Below are positions 22,644-35,559 of a DNA stretch of 64,000 nucleotides, in pieces. The notes beneath the pieces are model-generated. The model was not told the DNA's origin. It did no database searches and saw only the letters and a program-made list of their open reading frames with translations. The stretch's first letter is position 1. Each line of letters begins with the position of its first letter. Made by a program: the position numbers and the translations under genes. The DNA is from Octopus bimaculoides (Eukaryota): positions 38,163,193 to 38,227,192 of the forward strand of contig NC_068988.1 of NCBI RefSeq assembly GCF_001194135.2, read 5' to 3'.

Positions 22644-23213
22644 CATGCATATATGTTTATATATACATACATACATACACACATATATATATATATATGT
22701 ATGTAAGTATATATGTATGTATGTATTTATGTATTTCTATAAATATGCATAATGTCCAAGTGGTCATGTATATACATACATATATAGACATATATATATA
22801 ATGTATGACTATAAAATACATATGTGTGTGTATGTGTGTGTATTGCTAACGATATGTATAATGTACAAGTGGTCATTTACATATGTATGTATGTATGCAT
22901 GTATGTACGTACGTATGTATGTNNNNNNNNNNTGTATGTATGTATATATGTATGTGAGTATCATTATGATTATGTACAATGTACAAGTGGTCATGTACAT
23001 ATATATTTATATATGTATGCATGTATATGTATATGTCTGTGTATATGTTTATGTATATATATGTGTGTGTGTGTGTGTATGTTTATGTATATATATGTGT
23101 GTGTGTGTATGAATACTAATAAAATGTGAAGTGGTCTCAGACACACACACATACATAACCATGTATATGGTTGTATGCATGCATGTATGTATGTATGTAT
23201 GTATGCATGCATG

Positions 23214-23247
<34 letters not shown>

Positions 23248-23500
23248 TGTCTATATATATATGTATATAAATATACATATACATATATACATCCATATAT
23301 ATATACAACATACATTTTATATATACACACAGACATGAGTGTGTGTATATCTGTCTACCAAAATGTAGACCCACTAAAGCACACATTTATAAATACTTAT
23401 ATAAGACCGCTTTACCCCCCACACACATACGCACACGCGCACACACACGCGCACACACACACACACACACACAAGTTAATATCTATTTCTGCAATGTATG
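21500..23500. repeat. Microsatellite field: (TCTA)n, (TC)n, (TA)n, (CA)n, (TATG)n
   Basis: Direct inspection. Confidence 0.85.
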
Positions 23501-23925
23501 CATATATTTGAAGACATGAATGTTATATGCAGATAGATTCATACTGTTTTGCATAAAGTCGTAGTTGTGCTTCTGTGTGTGTATTTCTATATATGTATGT
23601 GCACATGTGTGTGTGGTCGTCATCATAGTTATTGGTTCTTATACCAGTTATTTTTCCATGCTACCATGTGCTAGACAAAATTTGTAGAGGTAGTATTGTA
23701 AAGCAGGATGCTCTTGCTCTTATGTTTGGTCTTTCACATGATAAACTACTGAATGACTAGGAATGTCTTTATGTTCAGTTTAAACATTTACTTTACTGTG
23801 TTACTTGGTGATGAAAGTTCATATTGAACCTGTAAACAATGGCAGGAGCCAAAGGGAAGAATACAGGCATACACACATACAAGTATACACACACTTACAC
23901 AAAATTACATATACCTATGCACACA

Positions 23926-24187
23926 TAAGAGGGGTTGCTGAAAAGTTCCTGGAAAAACAAATTAATAGAGAATAATGGAAATATAATAATGAGTAATACA
24001 TTAATATATACTACTTCCATTATATATTTCCATGGTATCATAAAAAGCCTGACTGGAGGCCCAACCTTCCAAGTTCTTTTATAGGGCTTAGCAAAACTGA
24101 AGGACTGCTGCAATAAGTGTGAATATGTGGGGAATATGTTGATTAATATCATAATTAACTGATCCTTGTGTATTTTCAGCACCCCTT

Positions 24188-24190
<3 letters not shown>
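23926..24190 (+). mobile_element. Non-autonomous mariner (MITE)
   Basis: TIRs GAGGGGTTGCTGAAAA / TTTTCAGCACCCCTTC; sister copy at 57927-58085. Confidence 0.7.
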
Positions 24191-24261
<71 letters not shown>

Positions 24262-24716
24262 ATGGGTTTCCATACAATTTCCATTTCTCAGTTTTACTGA
24301 ACTTCCTTCCTCCCTGTGAACTTAGAATGTAAAGAGCCAGAAAAAATACCGCTAAGCATTTTGTCCACTGTGCTAATGATTCTGCCAGCTTGCTTTAATA
24401 TATATATATGGGTGTGTGTTTGTGTTTTATTTTTCTTGACATTGTGTGATAGTTGTAAACAAGTGTCACTGTAATAGAAGCAGTGTTGTACATTTCCAAT
24501 CTTCTGTGAAATCACAACTAAGCATAACAAAATATTACTTTGCTTGGAAACAGGCAAGGGTTGGTAAATATACACACATGCACATGACTCTGTGTGTATA
24601 TATATATATATATAATAAGGGTAAAAAATTGATATTAATTTGATTAATATCAATTTAAACCAGTCGCTTAGCATATAGAAAAAAACCTGAAGATTCATAA
24701 AAATTATATTACATAC

Positions 24717-24792
24717 ATATAAGAGGGTTGACCACTAGCTAGGTCTACATTTAACATATTGGATGTCCACCTAGTGGTCATCCTTTTTATAT
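24717..24792. repeat. Small hairpin/MITE
   Basis: TATAAGAGGGTTGACCACTAG versus CTAGTGGTCATCCTTTTTATA. Confidence 0.55.
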
Positions 24793-24794
24793 AC

Positions 24795-25113
24795 CCGTCA
24801 GAGTGTAAGTATCTTGAGAGAAAAGCTGAACATTAGAAGCATCAGTTGTGGCGTGCAAGAGAGACGATTGCGCTGGTATGGACATGTGGTGAGAATGGAG
24901 GAGGATAGCTGCGTGAAAAAGTGCCACACCCTAACAGTTGAGGGAACCCGTGGAAGAGGTAGGCCCAGGAAGACCTGGGCTGAGGTGGTGAGGCAAGACC
25001 TTCGTACATTGGGCCTCACCGAGGCGATGACTACGGACCGAGACCTTTGGAAATGGGCTGTGCGTGAGAAGACCCGGCAAGCCAAGTAAGATCGTTGCCA
25101 GTGCCCCTGGACT
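24795..25113 (+). mobile_element. RTE LINE ORF2 C-terminus (runs into gap)
   Basis: QERRLRWYGHVVRMEEDSCVKKCHTLTVEGTRGRGRPRKTWAEVVRQDL..KTRQAK*. Confidence 0.9.
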
Positions 25114-25859
25114 NNNNNNNNNNNNNNNNNNNNNNNNNNNNNNNNNNNNNNNNNNNNNNNNNNNNNNNNNNNNNNNNNNNNNNNNNNNNNNNNNNNNNNN
25201 NNNNNNNNNNNNNNNNNNNNNNNNNNNNNNNNNNNNNNNNNNNNNNNNNNNNNNNNNNNNNNNNNNNNNNNNNNNNNNNNNNNNNNNNNNNNNNNNNNNN
25301 NNNNNNNNNNNNNNNNNNNNNNNNNNNNNNNNNNNNNNNNNNNNNNNNNNNNNNNNNNNNNNNNNNNNNNNNNNNNNNNNNNNNNNNNNNNNNNNNNNNN
25401 NNNNNNNNNNNNNNNNNNNNNNNNNNNNNNNNNNNNNNNNNNNNNNNNNNNNNNNNNNNNNNNNNNNNNNNNNNNNNNNNNNNNNNNNNNNNNNNNNNNN
25501 NNNNNNNNNNNNNNNNNNNNNNNNNNNNNNNNNNNNNNNNNNNNNNNNNNNNNNNNNNNNNNNNNNNNNNNNNNNNNNNNNNNNNNNNNNNNNNNNNNNN
25601 NNNNNNNNNNNNNNNNNNNNNNNNNNNNNNNNNNNNNNNNNNNNNNNNNNNNNNNNNNNNNNNNNNNNNNNNNNNNNNNNNNNNNNNNNNNNNNNNNNNN
25701 NNNNNNNNNNNNNNNNNNNNNNNNNNNNNNNNNNNNNNNNNNNNNNNNNNNNNNNNNNNNNNNNNNNNNNNNNNNNNNNNNNNNNNNNNNNNNNNNNNNN
25801 NNNNNNNNNNNNNNNNNNNNNNNNNNNNNNNNNNNTGTGTGTGTGTATACGGTCTACTG

Positions 25860-26030
25860 CTTGTGTTTGTTCATTGGCTTGCATTCCCTTGATTAGGAGT
25901 TGTTTTCCTAGCCATTTCATTTATTGTTTAGATTATTTTTTGTGTTGTGGTGTTTGTATTTCTTATTATTGTAGGTGAGAGGGTGTGTTAGTAATTTGCA
26001 TTGAATTTGTGGGTGAAAGGTATGTTTGCA

Positions 26031-26073
<43 letters not shown>

Positions 26074-26960
26074 GTGTGCGTGCGTGTGCGTGCATGCGTG
26101 CGCATGTGTGTGTGATGTGGTAAATGTTGTTCCTAAAAAAGCTTGTTTATATAAGAAGTTAGCTGCAAATTTAAGAACATATTTATTGTGAGTAGCTATA
26201 GCCTCAGTGAAGAGTGCTTTCACAGCTGAGTGATTCTGAGGGATTATTTTTTGGGTAAAAACCATGTTTTATATGCTTTTTGGCGATGAAATTATGCTTA
26301 TGTTTGCAGCAGTACTTTTTTCTTCGAGAAGTATTTGAATAGGGGTGTTGTCTTATGTTTATATATAGTCTGCAAAGTATATTCATGTTGTGTATATCTG
26401 TCTTTGAAGGTTCCACTAGTGACACCAATGTGGTTTCTTTTTGTTTGTCCTTCTTGTGAAACTGTTGCGTTATATACTGTGTTTCTTTTGTAAAATATTT
26501 TTGTGTGTAATGGGCACATCATAGTTCTTATGAAGTTGCATAGATATTTGGTTGTATGTTGTGTGCCTATGGTGTGTTATTGTTTAGTAATTGCATGATG
26601 TGTTTTATGCTTTTGCTTTTTGTGCAGCTGTAGCTGACTTTTGTATAGCTTCTGATGAATAATTTACAGTATCTGCATTTGCTGATTAGTGTTAGGAAGG
26701 ACTATGCTACATTGGCTGCTATATTCAGGCTGCATAGTGGGTTAAACCAGATGATGTGTTTTTTCCTGGGTTTCTCTGGTTTGGTATATGTTCATAGTAT
26801 TGTTGTTCATAGCATTGTTGCAGCTCCTCAAAAAATCCATTTGATTTTAAGGTCCAAAATTTCTTTACTAGACAAAACTTACAAAATTTTATTGCTGATA
26901 TTGCTAATGAAGTTTTTGATTATAGCTGTAGGTGGTTTGAATTTATATTAATGTATTACT
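25860..26960 (-). pseudogene. Penelope-like element, RT thumb/linker plus GIY-YIG endonuclease, decayed
   Basis: RKKHIIWFNPLCSLNIAANV..KVSYSC; CPL..VYNATV..HIGVTSGTFKDRYTQH..TTPLFKY. Confidence 0.8.
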
Positions 26961-27044
26961 CATTATTATATTTCTATGGGGCTAGGGTGTGAGTATATAT
27001 ATGTGTGTATGTGTGTGTGTGTATGTCTGTGTCTGTGTGTGTGT

Positions 27045-27330
27045 GAAGGCATGTGACCTAGTGGGAAGGCTGTTGCACACATGATCTCTAGATTGTGGGT
27101 TCGATTCCCTGACTGGGCTGCACACTGTGTTCTTGAGCAAAACACTTTATTTCCTGTTGCTCTAGTCCCCTTTCTGTCAGTGGTAGTGGTGGTGGTGGTG
27201 GGGGGGAATGTTGGCTTGCTCACCTAGCCTGCAGGGTGGTGTCATTTGAAGGCTAAAACAATCACAAAAGTGCATTGTGACTAGCAATATGCAACAACAT
27301 CTGATAGGCTGGTCAGTCATGTGGTCATGT
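27045..27330 (+). mobile_element. tRNA-derived CORE-like SINE (family G head, tail variant X)
   Basis: GGTTCGATTCC B box; TGTGTTCTTGAGCAAAACACTTTATTTC..TTGCTCTAGTCC central domain. Confidence 0.65.
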
Positions 27331-27360
<30 letters not shown>

Positions 27361-27364
<4 letters not shown>

Positions 27365-27472
27365 GAGAATGTACGGAAAAACAACAACAGACGAGGACAG
27401 GTGGTGTAAACAACAAAAGGATGTATTAGTATGACGCTCGGGAATACAGAAAGTCTTTAACGTTTCGAGCTA
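27361..27472 (-). mobile_element. Family F Penelope terminus with 3' half of hammerhead
   Basis: Minus strand GCTC-GAAACGTT-AAAGAC..; same terminus as 57300-57372; abuts (TA)n. Confidence 0.6.
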
Positions 27473-27629
27473 AACTTGTATACGCTGATGTATATAAGTA
27501 TCTATATAGGCATATATATATTGCATATATATATGCTCACGCGTATATATGTATATATTTACACACACACACACATGCACACACACGCACGCACACACAC
27601 ACACACACACACAAACACGCACGTGCGCG

Positions 27630-27667
<38 letters not shown>

Positions 27668-27760
27668 AGCACATTATTGGAAAACTAGGTGGGAAAAATA
27701 ATACCCGAATACCAAAGGTAGAGTAATATTCTTTCATTAAAGTGGCAAAATTATCACAAG

Positions 27761-27800
27761 ACTGTTACTCAGAGTTTCACATCTCTGTTCATTGGACAGT
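27761..27800 (-). ncRNA. Hammerhead-like motif with intact stems and decayed core
   Basis: ACTGT-CCAATGA-ACA-GAGA-TGT-GAA-ACTCTGAGT-A-ACAGT. Confidence 0.5.
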
Positions 27801-28369
27801 TGTGATATATACATATCTGTTCAGTTTAGTTTAGGCAAAAGCCTTGCAATCTGCTCTTAAAAGCCCTTATGCTTGCAGTCGGCTACAACATGTTAATTCC
27901 ATCTCCCAGAGTAATTCACTGGTATGGGTATACAATATGGAACTCATTTCAGCTTAGGATAAATATAATAACAATAATAACATGAGGATGGAAATTCATA
28001 CAATTTCTTAATGCATCTAAACATATGTTTCTGCACCATACACATTCATTAGGTAACAATGTTTCATATCCATATGATATTACTGAAGGTTACTCTTAAT
28101 AGTTATGTATTTGAATATTTTCTCAGCTCCTTTTCTAGTGTGGGTGCTTCCTTGATTACAAGTGCTTCCTCAGACCTTGCATTATTCAAATACATAATTA
28201 TTAGGAGTAATTTTAAGTAATGTTATATGAATATGAAAAATTGTAATCTAATGATGGTGTGTGATGTAGAAATGTATGTTGTGGTGCATTAATAAAGCCT
28301 ACGAACTTCCATCCTCATGTTATTATTGCTATTAGAAATCATTATTATTGTTATTATTATTATTGATTC

Positions 28370-28905
28370 AGAGAGCAGTGCATGCCATCGAAGTGACACT
28401 GGGGTAAAATATACAAAGCCCAATATACCCATCATGACTACCAGTCTGATAAGGGTACACTAGGCACATGTATCACAACCACATGTGTGCGACATGGTAA
28501 TCACACATCAAGATAAACAATGCATGGACTTGCAGGTGGGGCCCAGTTAGAATTTTCTTCAGGTTGAGTAGCCCATCCTACTCAAAAACGTCCGTGAATA
28601 AGGGAAGTTTAAGATGTTGAATGAAACACCCATATTTTCAGAGGTGAATTATTCGAACCCCTCAAAATTTCTCTCAACATATGGCTACGATGCTCCCCAA
28701 CTACTTCTGCTCATGATCAGAGATGCACATATTGTCAGCCACTAAGGGACATGCTCAACTGGTTAAAGTCAAACAATTGGCAAGCAAATCTGTGGTATTG
28801 AGTAGAATATTTGCTGTAGCCCATCTTTTATACCAAGGCAAAACATGTATGTGCAATATAACACTTCCAATCAATTAAGATAAGAAGCCACGAGAAAAGT
28901 GTCTG
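28370..28905 (+). repeat. Unclassified interspersed repeat (family E), long copy
   Basis: Matches 18015-18250; flanked by (TTA)n. Confidence 0.75.
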
Positions 28906-28989
28906 GTACTGCTATTATTATTATTTCTATTATTATTGTTGTTGTTGTTGTTGTTGTTGTTATTAATATTATTTTGCTGGGTATGATGA

Positions 28990-29832
28990 AAAGTGTCAGC
29001 TGTCCACAGTCAGCAGATAAACTTTGACTCTGCTGTGCATGCACAGTTTTAATGTTCTAGCTCACTTCTACTGTTTATAGCAGTGCTTGGAAGGAATGTG
29101 TGTAATGCATGATCATTGCATTGACTACAACAAAGAAAGTTGAGCAGAGAATCTGCATGAAATTTTTCCAAAAGCTTGGCGATACCTGTTCAGAGGCCTA
29201 TGCAAACTTTCCAAAAATATTTCATCATTCTTGTTACAATCAAGATTTTGTGCAACGGAAATCCGAGTGTCTTTTTGGTCAGCTGAAAGCAGTTTTGGCA
29301 CAAACTTGGCAGACATGCATCTCGTACCCAAATCTTCAGTGATAATGGACTAAACTGAACTGTAATTAATATGCACTTCTTCAGATAACTCACAGATGGT
29401 GATTTGACGATTTCCTCTCACAGCTGCACACACATCTGCAATGTTTTTCTCAGTTCTACTGGTTGCGGGTCTCCCAGAGTGTTCGTCTCTATCAACATCT
29501 TTTTGGCCATCTTGGAAACGTCTGAATCGCTCATACACCTGTGCATAGCTCTTACACTCCTCTTCATGCATATTCTGAAAATTTGTGTAGACCTCTGAGC
29601 AGGTATTGCTATGACAACTTTCTCTGTCATGGCCAATGTAACGATCACACACTACACATGCTCACGCTCTTTCCAAGCATTGTTGCAAACAGCAAAAGTA
29701 AGCTAGAATATTAAAACTTAGTGTGCATGCACAGCAGAGTCCAAGGTCAATCTGTACCAAGCAGCTTCACTCTGTGCACTTTAGCATCGTTACTATGGCA
29801 ACAATCCGGATACTTATTGATCAGACCTCGTA
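28990..29832. mobile_element. Rearranged mariner: + strand 5' piece joined to - strand 5' piece
   Basis: + KKVEQRICMKFFQKLGDTCSEAY; - YERFRRFQDGQKDVDRDEHSGRPATSRT and SAKFVPKLLSADQK; TIR TACGAGGTCTGATCAATAAGTATCCGGA at the right end. Confidence 0.8.
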
Positions 29833-30339
29833 CAGTCAATAACCTATGGTACATGTAAAGTATTTAAACAGGGTATCACAAAAATACTTGGTATGTTGTT
29901 TTCATTATTCTGATGAAGGCAACTAAGCTGAAAGAACTGCAGTCACTGCCAATCTATTCTTTGTTAACATAATACATACATACATACATATATATACATA
30001 TATATATATATACACACATATATATTTATATTTACATACACACATAGACATGTATCATGTGAATATATGCATATATATAGGCTTGGTATAAATATATAAA
30101 TATATGCATATATATATACATATATGTTTGTATGTGTGTATGTATGCATGAATATGAATGAATAGATATTTATATACATTCATACACACATACACACATA
30201 AACACTCATAGACATGCCCACACACACATGTGTATATGCGGCATATTGTAAAAAAATCAGCTGTATACAAACTTACACATCCGTTATTAATCTTAGTTTT
30301 TTTTTACTGGTTCAAGCCAGTTCATTGCTGATATGACGT

Positions 30340-30372
<33 letters not shown>

Positions 30373-31040
30373 ACACACACACACACACACACATGCATGC
30401 ACACACACACATGCATGCACACACACACACGCACACACTTACATATATACATACGCACTCATGCACACGCATACACATATGCATACACGCGTACTTATGC
30501 CTTAATCAATCCATAGCTAAGCAGTTCATCCATGAATGCACAAATGTTCTTATTTTCCCATGAAAATATATGACTATGCAAATATGAGAGTATATAGAGT
30601 CCAACTGCATATGTTTGTTTTTGTGTGTGTGTATGTGTGTGTGTGTGTACATATATATATATATATATATAAATGTTTTTTGTTGGTGTGTATCAGTAAC
30701 GGCTGTAAGTATTGGTAATTGGATTAAAAGACTGGTGCTTTTAAAATAATGAAGTACCCTGATACATTTGTCTTGCACTGAATTACACTGACTCTCCCTT
30801 GCCACTCTTATTGGAAATATGGCAAATCACCAAATGGGCCATTGGAAACCTATAACCTGTTCCCAAAATGCAATATGACTATGTATATGTATGTATGTAT
30901 GTATGTGCATGTGTGTGTGTGTGTGTGTGTGTAAGTGCGTAAATACATATATTTTAAAGAGTTAAATGTTAAACTGGTCATATACACACACACACATACA
31001 CACACACACACATACACACACACATACACACACACACATA

Positions 31041-32843
31041 GGTATCAACTTGTTGCATCAGTAGATGAAAGTTATGGAGAGGGTCATAGCCCAACTAATT
31101 AGGGAGAGAGTTAGTCTAGATGAGATGCAGTTTGGTTTTGTGCCAAGGAGAAATACCATTGATGCTATATTTCTGGTAAGGCAGCTGCAGGAGAAGTACC
31201 TAGTCAACCTCTGTACTTGGTTTTTGCTGATTTGGAGAAAGCCTTTAACAGGTTCCCCTGATCCCTTATCTGGTGGTCAATGCAGAAACTAGGGATAGAC
31301 GAGTGGTTGGCGAGAGCTGTAAAAGCCGTGTACAGGGATGCTGTTAGTAAGGTGAGGGTTGGCAATGAGTACAACAAAGAATTCAGGGTACAAGTAGGGG
31401 TTCACTAAGGATTGGTGCTCAGCCCCCACTTTTCATCATAATCTTCCAGGCAATAACAGAGGAATTTAAGACAGGCTGCCCCTGGTAGCTCCTCTCTGCT
31501 GATGACCTTGCTCTTATAGCTGAATCACTACCGGAACTAGAGAAAAGTTTCAGATATGGAAGCAAGGTCTAGAATCGAAGGGTCTTAGAATTAACCTAGC
31601 AACAAACAAAGTCTTAGTAAGTAGGAAGGCAGACAAATCACAAATCACTTTAGGTAGATGGCCCTGCTCAATCTGAAGAAAAGGCATAGGTAGAAATTTC
31701 ATGAGATGCACCCACTGTAAGATTTGGACACATAAGAGGTGCAGCAATATCAGAGGGAAAATAGCTTTTGTATGTGGAAGATGCACAGGTACAATAAATG
31801 CAGAAAATGTGCAGAAAATAGACTCCATCAGCTACCAGTGGGGTAAGCTAGAGGTAATAGATAGCTTCTGTTATCTAGGTGACCAAGTCAGTAGCAGAAG
31901 TGGATGCTCTGAGAGCATAGTTGTGAGAATAAGAATAGGCTGGGCAAAGTTCAGAGAGCTCCTACCTCTGCTGGCAACAAAGGGCCACTCTTTCAGAGTG
32001 AAAGGCAAATTGTATGATGCTTGTGTGCGAACAGCTATGCTACACGACAGTGAAACATAGGCTGTAACAGCTGAAGACATGCATAGGCTTGAAAAAAATG
32101 ATGATAGCAAGCTTTGCTGGATGTGGAATGTCATTGTGCATGTTCAACAGAGTGTAAGCATCATGAGAGAAAAGGTGAGCATAAGCGGCATCAGATGTGG
32201 TGTCCAAGAGAGACGACTGTGCTGGTAAAGTCATGTGATGTGTATGGATGAGGACAGCTGTGTAAAGAAGTGCCAGTGTCTATCTATGGAGGGAGCCTGT
32301 GGTAAAGGTAGACCCAGAAAGACATGGGATGAGGTGGTGAAGCCTGATCTTTGAATTTTGGCCCTCACAGAGGCAATGACCGGTGACCAGGACCTTTGGT
32401 GATATGCTGTGCTTGAGAACACCTGTCAAGCCAAGTGAAATTGTAGTCGTGGCTGACGCTAGTGTCACGTAACTCACACCTGTGCTGGTGACATAAAAAG
32501 CACATTTTGAGTGTTGGGCCCTATGGAGGCAAAGTGGCTGATGCCACTGACATGTGAAAAACACCTTTCAAGCATTGAGGAATGACCGAGACTTTTGGCA
32601 TTATGTCGTTCTTGAAAAGAAGACCCATCAAGCCAAGTAAAATTGCAGTGGTAGCAGATACTGGTTTCATGTAAAAGCACCCATTACACTCTTGGAGTGG
32701 TTGGCGTTAAGTAGGGTGTCCAGCTGTAGAAACCATGTCAAATCAGACTGGAGACTGGTGCAGCCTTCTAGCTTGCTAGCCCAGGTCAAACTGTCCAACC
32801 CATGCCAGAATGGACAATGGACATTAAATGATGATGATGATGA
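31041..32843 (+). mobile_element. 5'-truncated RTE LINE: RT domain pseudogene, 3' UTR, (GAT)n tail
   Basis: QFGFVPRRNTIDAIFLVRQLQEKY; DLEKAF; SADDLAL; FCYLGDQV; RIRIGWAKFRELLPLL; stop at 32436-32438; many stops and frameshifts. Confidence 0.95.
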
Positions 32844-32856
32844 TATATGTCTGTGT

Positions 32857-32898
<42 letters not shown>

Positions 32899-33299
32899 CA
32901 TGAGTACATATGCCTGAAAGAAGCTGGAGTGAAATGAAAGGAAATAAAACAGGTTGTTGGTACCAACAGGAAAAATATGCTTGGTTGAAAAATAAAAAAA
33001 ATACTTAATGGAAGAAGGGCCATGGGGCTGGAATAAAGCAAAAACAGAAAGTTGATTATAGGAGTGAGTTGTAGAGTTGAAATGTTGAGAGAAGGGTGCA
33101 TAAGTGAATTCAGTGGAGTAGATTGTGAGATATGAGGCCTCTTCATCTATCTCCAAAGCATTGCAGAATTGACGTTTGATACAATATACACAGTATTTTC
33201 TTGCATGCAGTTTGATATAAGTATATGTCGTTTGTATTTTACTCAGTCCAGTCATTATACCGTGGACATGCTGGGGCACCACAATGGATAATTTTTAGT

Positions 33300-33640
33300 C
33301 AAATGAATTGACTCAAATAGTTTTTTTTTAAAGCCAAGTACTTATTCTTTCAGTCTCTTTTTCCAAACTGGTAAGTTATGGGGATGTAAACACACCAACA
33401 CCGGCTGTCAAGCTGTGGTGGGAGGACAAACACAGACACAAACACACAAACACACACACACACACACACACACATGTATATATGATAGGTTTCTTTTAGT
33501 TTCTGTCTACCAAATTCACTTATAAATCTGTGTTTGGCCTGAGGCTATAGAAAAAGATACTTGCCCAAAGTGCCAAGCAGTGGAACTGAACCTGGAACCA
33601 TTTGGTTGCGAAGCAGGCTTCTTACCACACAATCATGCCT
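33300..33640 (-). mobile_element. SINE family B
   Basis: Reverse complement of 5201 copy. Confidence 0.8.
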
Positions 33641-34617
33641 ATGCTTAGTATAAACATGTGGTATAAACATTTAAATATTGTCACTATCTTTCCAAATCCT
33701 GCTGCATTTCGTATAGAATTTCTGGTTCTCCTAAGTCATCTTGGTGTATAAGATGACCAACTTTTAATGACTATAAATTTTGGTCTGTAAACTTCCTACT
33801 TGTAAGCTGGAAAATATGATAATAATACTAGAGGTGTATGTGAATTGATTGGCTACTTGGATGGAGGATTTAGAGTTGTGTTAGTCTGTGATGTTAAAGA
33901 TAACAGAACAGGTAAAAAACAGGTGTAACAATGGGAGTGAGCACAGGTGAATGTTCCAGGTTAGCAATAAAATGACTGTTGCTTACATTGCTTATCCACG
34001 GTCTATGTAAGCAATACTGTTAACTAGGTTATCTATGAGCAATCTATAGTGCTCGTTTCATAGGTGCCTAACAAATCTAATACAAGCTGTGCATTTGATA
34101 ACTTGGTTTTCTGTCAGCCTGCTGGAGATCCCACTGTACTTACTGCTAGCACTGAGAATACAGTTCATGCATGAATATGCACATAAAAAAAACACCAATT
34201 CATGTACACATATGTACATATTCAAATACATATCACCAAACACACAAACACCCACACAAACGCATACACAAACACGTACGTGTATACACACTAGTCTCCG
34301 CCATCAGTCTAATTTTAGTTGTATTAAGGTTTATCGTGGTTGATGTTACAGTGTTGGTGCTGATCATAATGATGGTGGCACTGACGATGTTGCTAGTGAT
34401 AGTGATGGTGTTGTTAGTAGCAGTGATGGTGGTGGTGGTAATGGCAGTGGTGGTGGCAGTTGTGGTGGTGATAACAGTGGTGATGATGGTAGTGCTGGTT
34501 GCAGTGGTGATGAGAGTGATGGTGTTGATGCTGGTACGGATAGTAATGGTAGTAATAGTAGTGGTGGTGGTAACAACAGCAGTCGTGGTGATTGTGATAT
34601 ATTAGAGGTGGTGATAG

Positions 34618-35450
34618 TGAAGGCATGTAGCTGAGTGGTTAGAGTATTTGGCTCACAGTTGTAAGGTTGTGAGTTCAATTCCCGATGACATGTTGTGTCC
34701 TTGAGCAAGACATTTTATTTCCCATTGTTCCAGTCCACTCAGCTGGTGAAAATGAGTAGTACCTGTATTTCAAAGAGCCAACAATGTCACAGAGAGGATG
34801 AACATTTTTGAAATGGCTATTACTCAGCCCCAGGGAAAGGGACATATGTCTGACAAGTACCATTCGGTCTGTGGTGTCTTAGCCTTCTTTTTTCTTTTCA
34901 GGTGAAGCCATGGCGCTGTGGACAATAGAGCATCGCGTGTTTGTCTATGACAGTTACATGAAGAATAATAAGTCTGTCACAGCAGTTCAGCACGAGTTTT
35001 GGTACCACTTCAGCATTCACTGAAATCAGGTTGTTCCCACCCATAACACAATCTTACGTTGGGTGAATGCACTTCGTACATGAGGTACACAAATTAATAG
35101 GAGACCAGTGGGAGCACCACGAACGGTATGGACTCCAGAAAATGTGGAATGCATCAAACAAGCTTTCAGAAATCCATCAATGGAAACAAATGCCACATAA
35201 TGGATGCTGTTTTTCACACTTGATTTCGACAAATGCTAATTCAATACAAACACATTGATGTCAATAAAATTTGCTTGCAGCTAAAATTAATGATTTTGTG
35301 AAATTTTCAAAACACCCGTCCTCTCTGTCCCATCCCATATGTTATGGGTACACAAGTCTGTGGAGTGCTCAGCCACATATACATTAATTTCACAAGCAGG
35401 CTGGTCTGTCGATCGGATCAACCGGAACCCTTGTCATCGTAACCAGACGA
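34618..35450 (+). mobile_element. CORE-like SINE with family A tail, split by a Tc1/mariner insertion
   Basis: Head 34618-34790; tail resumes at about 35340 (GGGTACAC..TCTGTGGAGTGCTCAGCCAC). Confidence 0.75.
34789..35328 (+). mobile_element. Internally deleted Tc1/mariner-superfamily element (DUF4817-type HTH)
   Basis: Imperfect TIRs ACAGAGAGGATG..TTTTGAAA; ATG at 34910: MALWTIEHRVFVYDSYMKNNKSVTAVQHEFW..PTHNTILRWVNALRT*G..GAPRTVWTPENVE. Confidence 0.75.
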
Positions 35451-35559
35451 AGTACAGTGCCAGAAGAAGTGGTGGTGGTAGTAGTGGTGGTAATGGTGGT
35501 GGCAGCGGTAGTGGTAGAAATAACAACTGTGGTGGTGGTAGTGGTAATATCAGTTTCAA

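Noticed and set aside
21551-23511. YI/CV/HT dipeptide ORFs (also 29964-31035, 56140-56659)
   Set aside because: Translations of (TA)n, (TG)n and (CA)n
29910-29945. CTGATGA-A-GGC-AACTAA-GCT-GAAA core
   Set aside because: Core and stem II fit, but stems I and III do not pair; not counted
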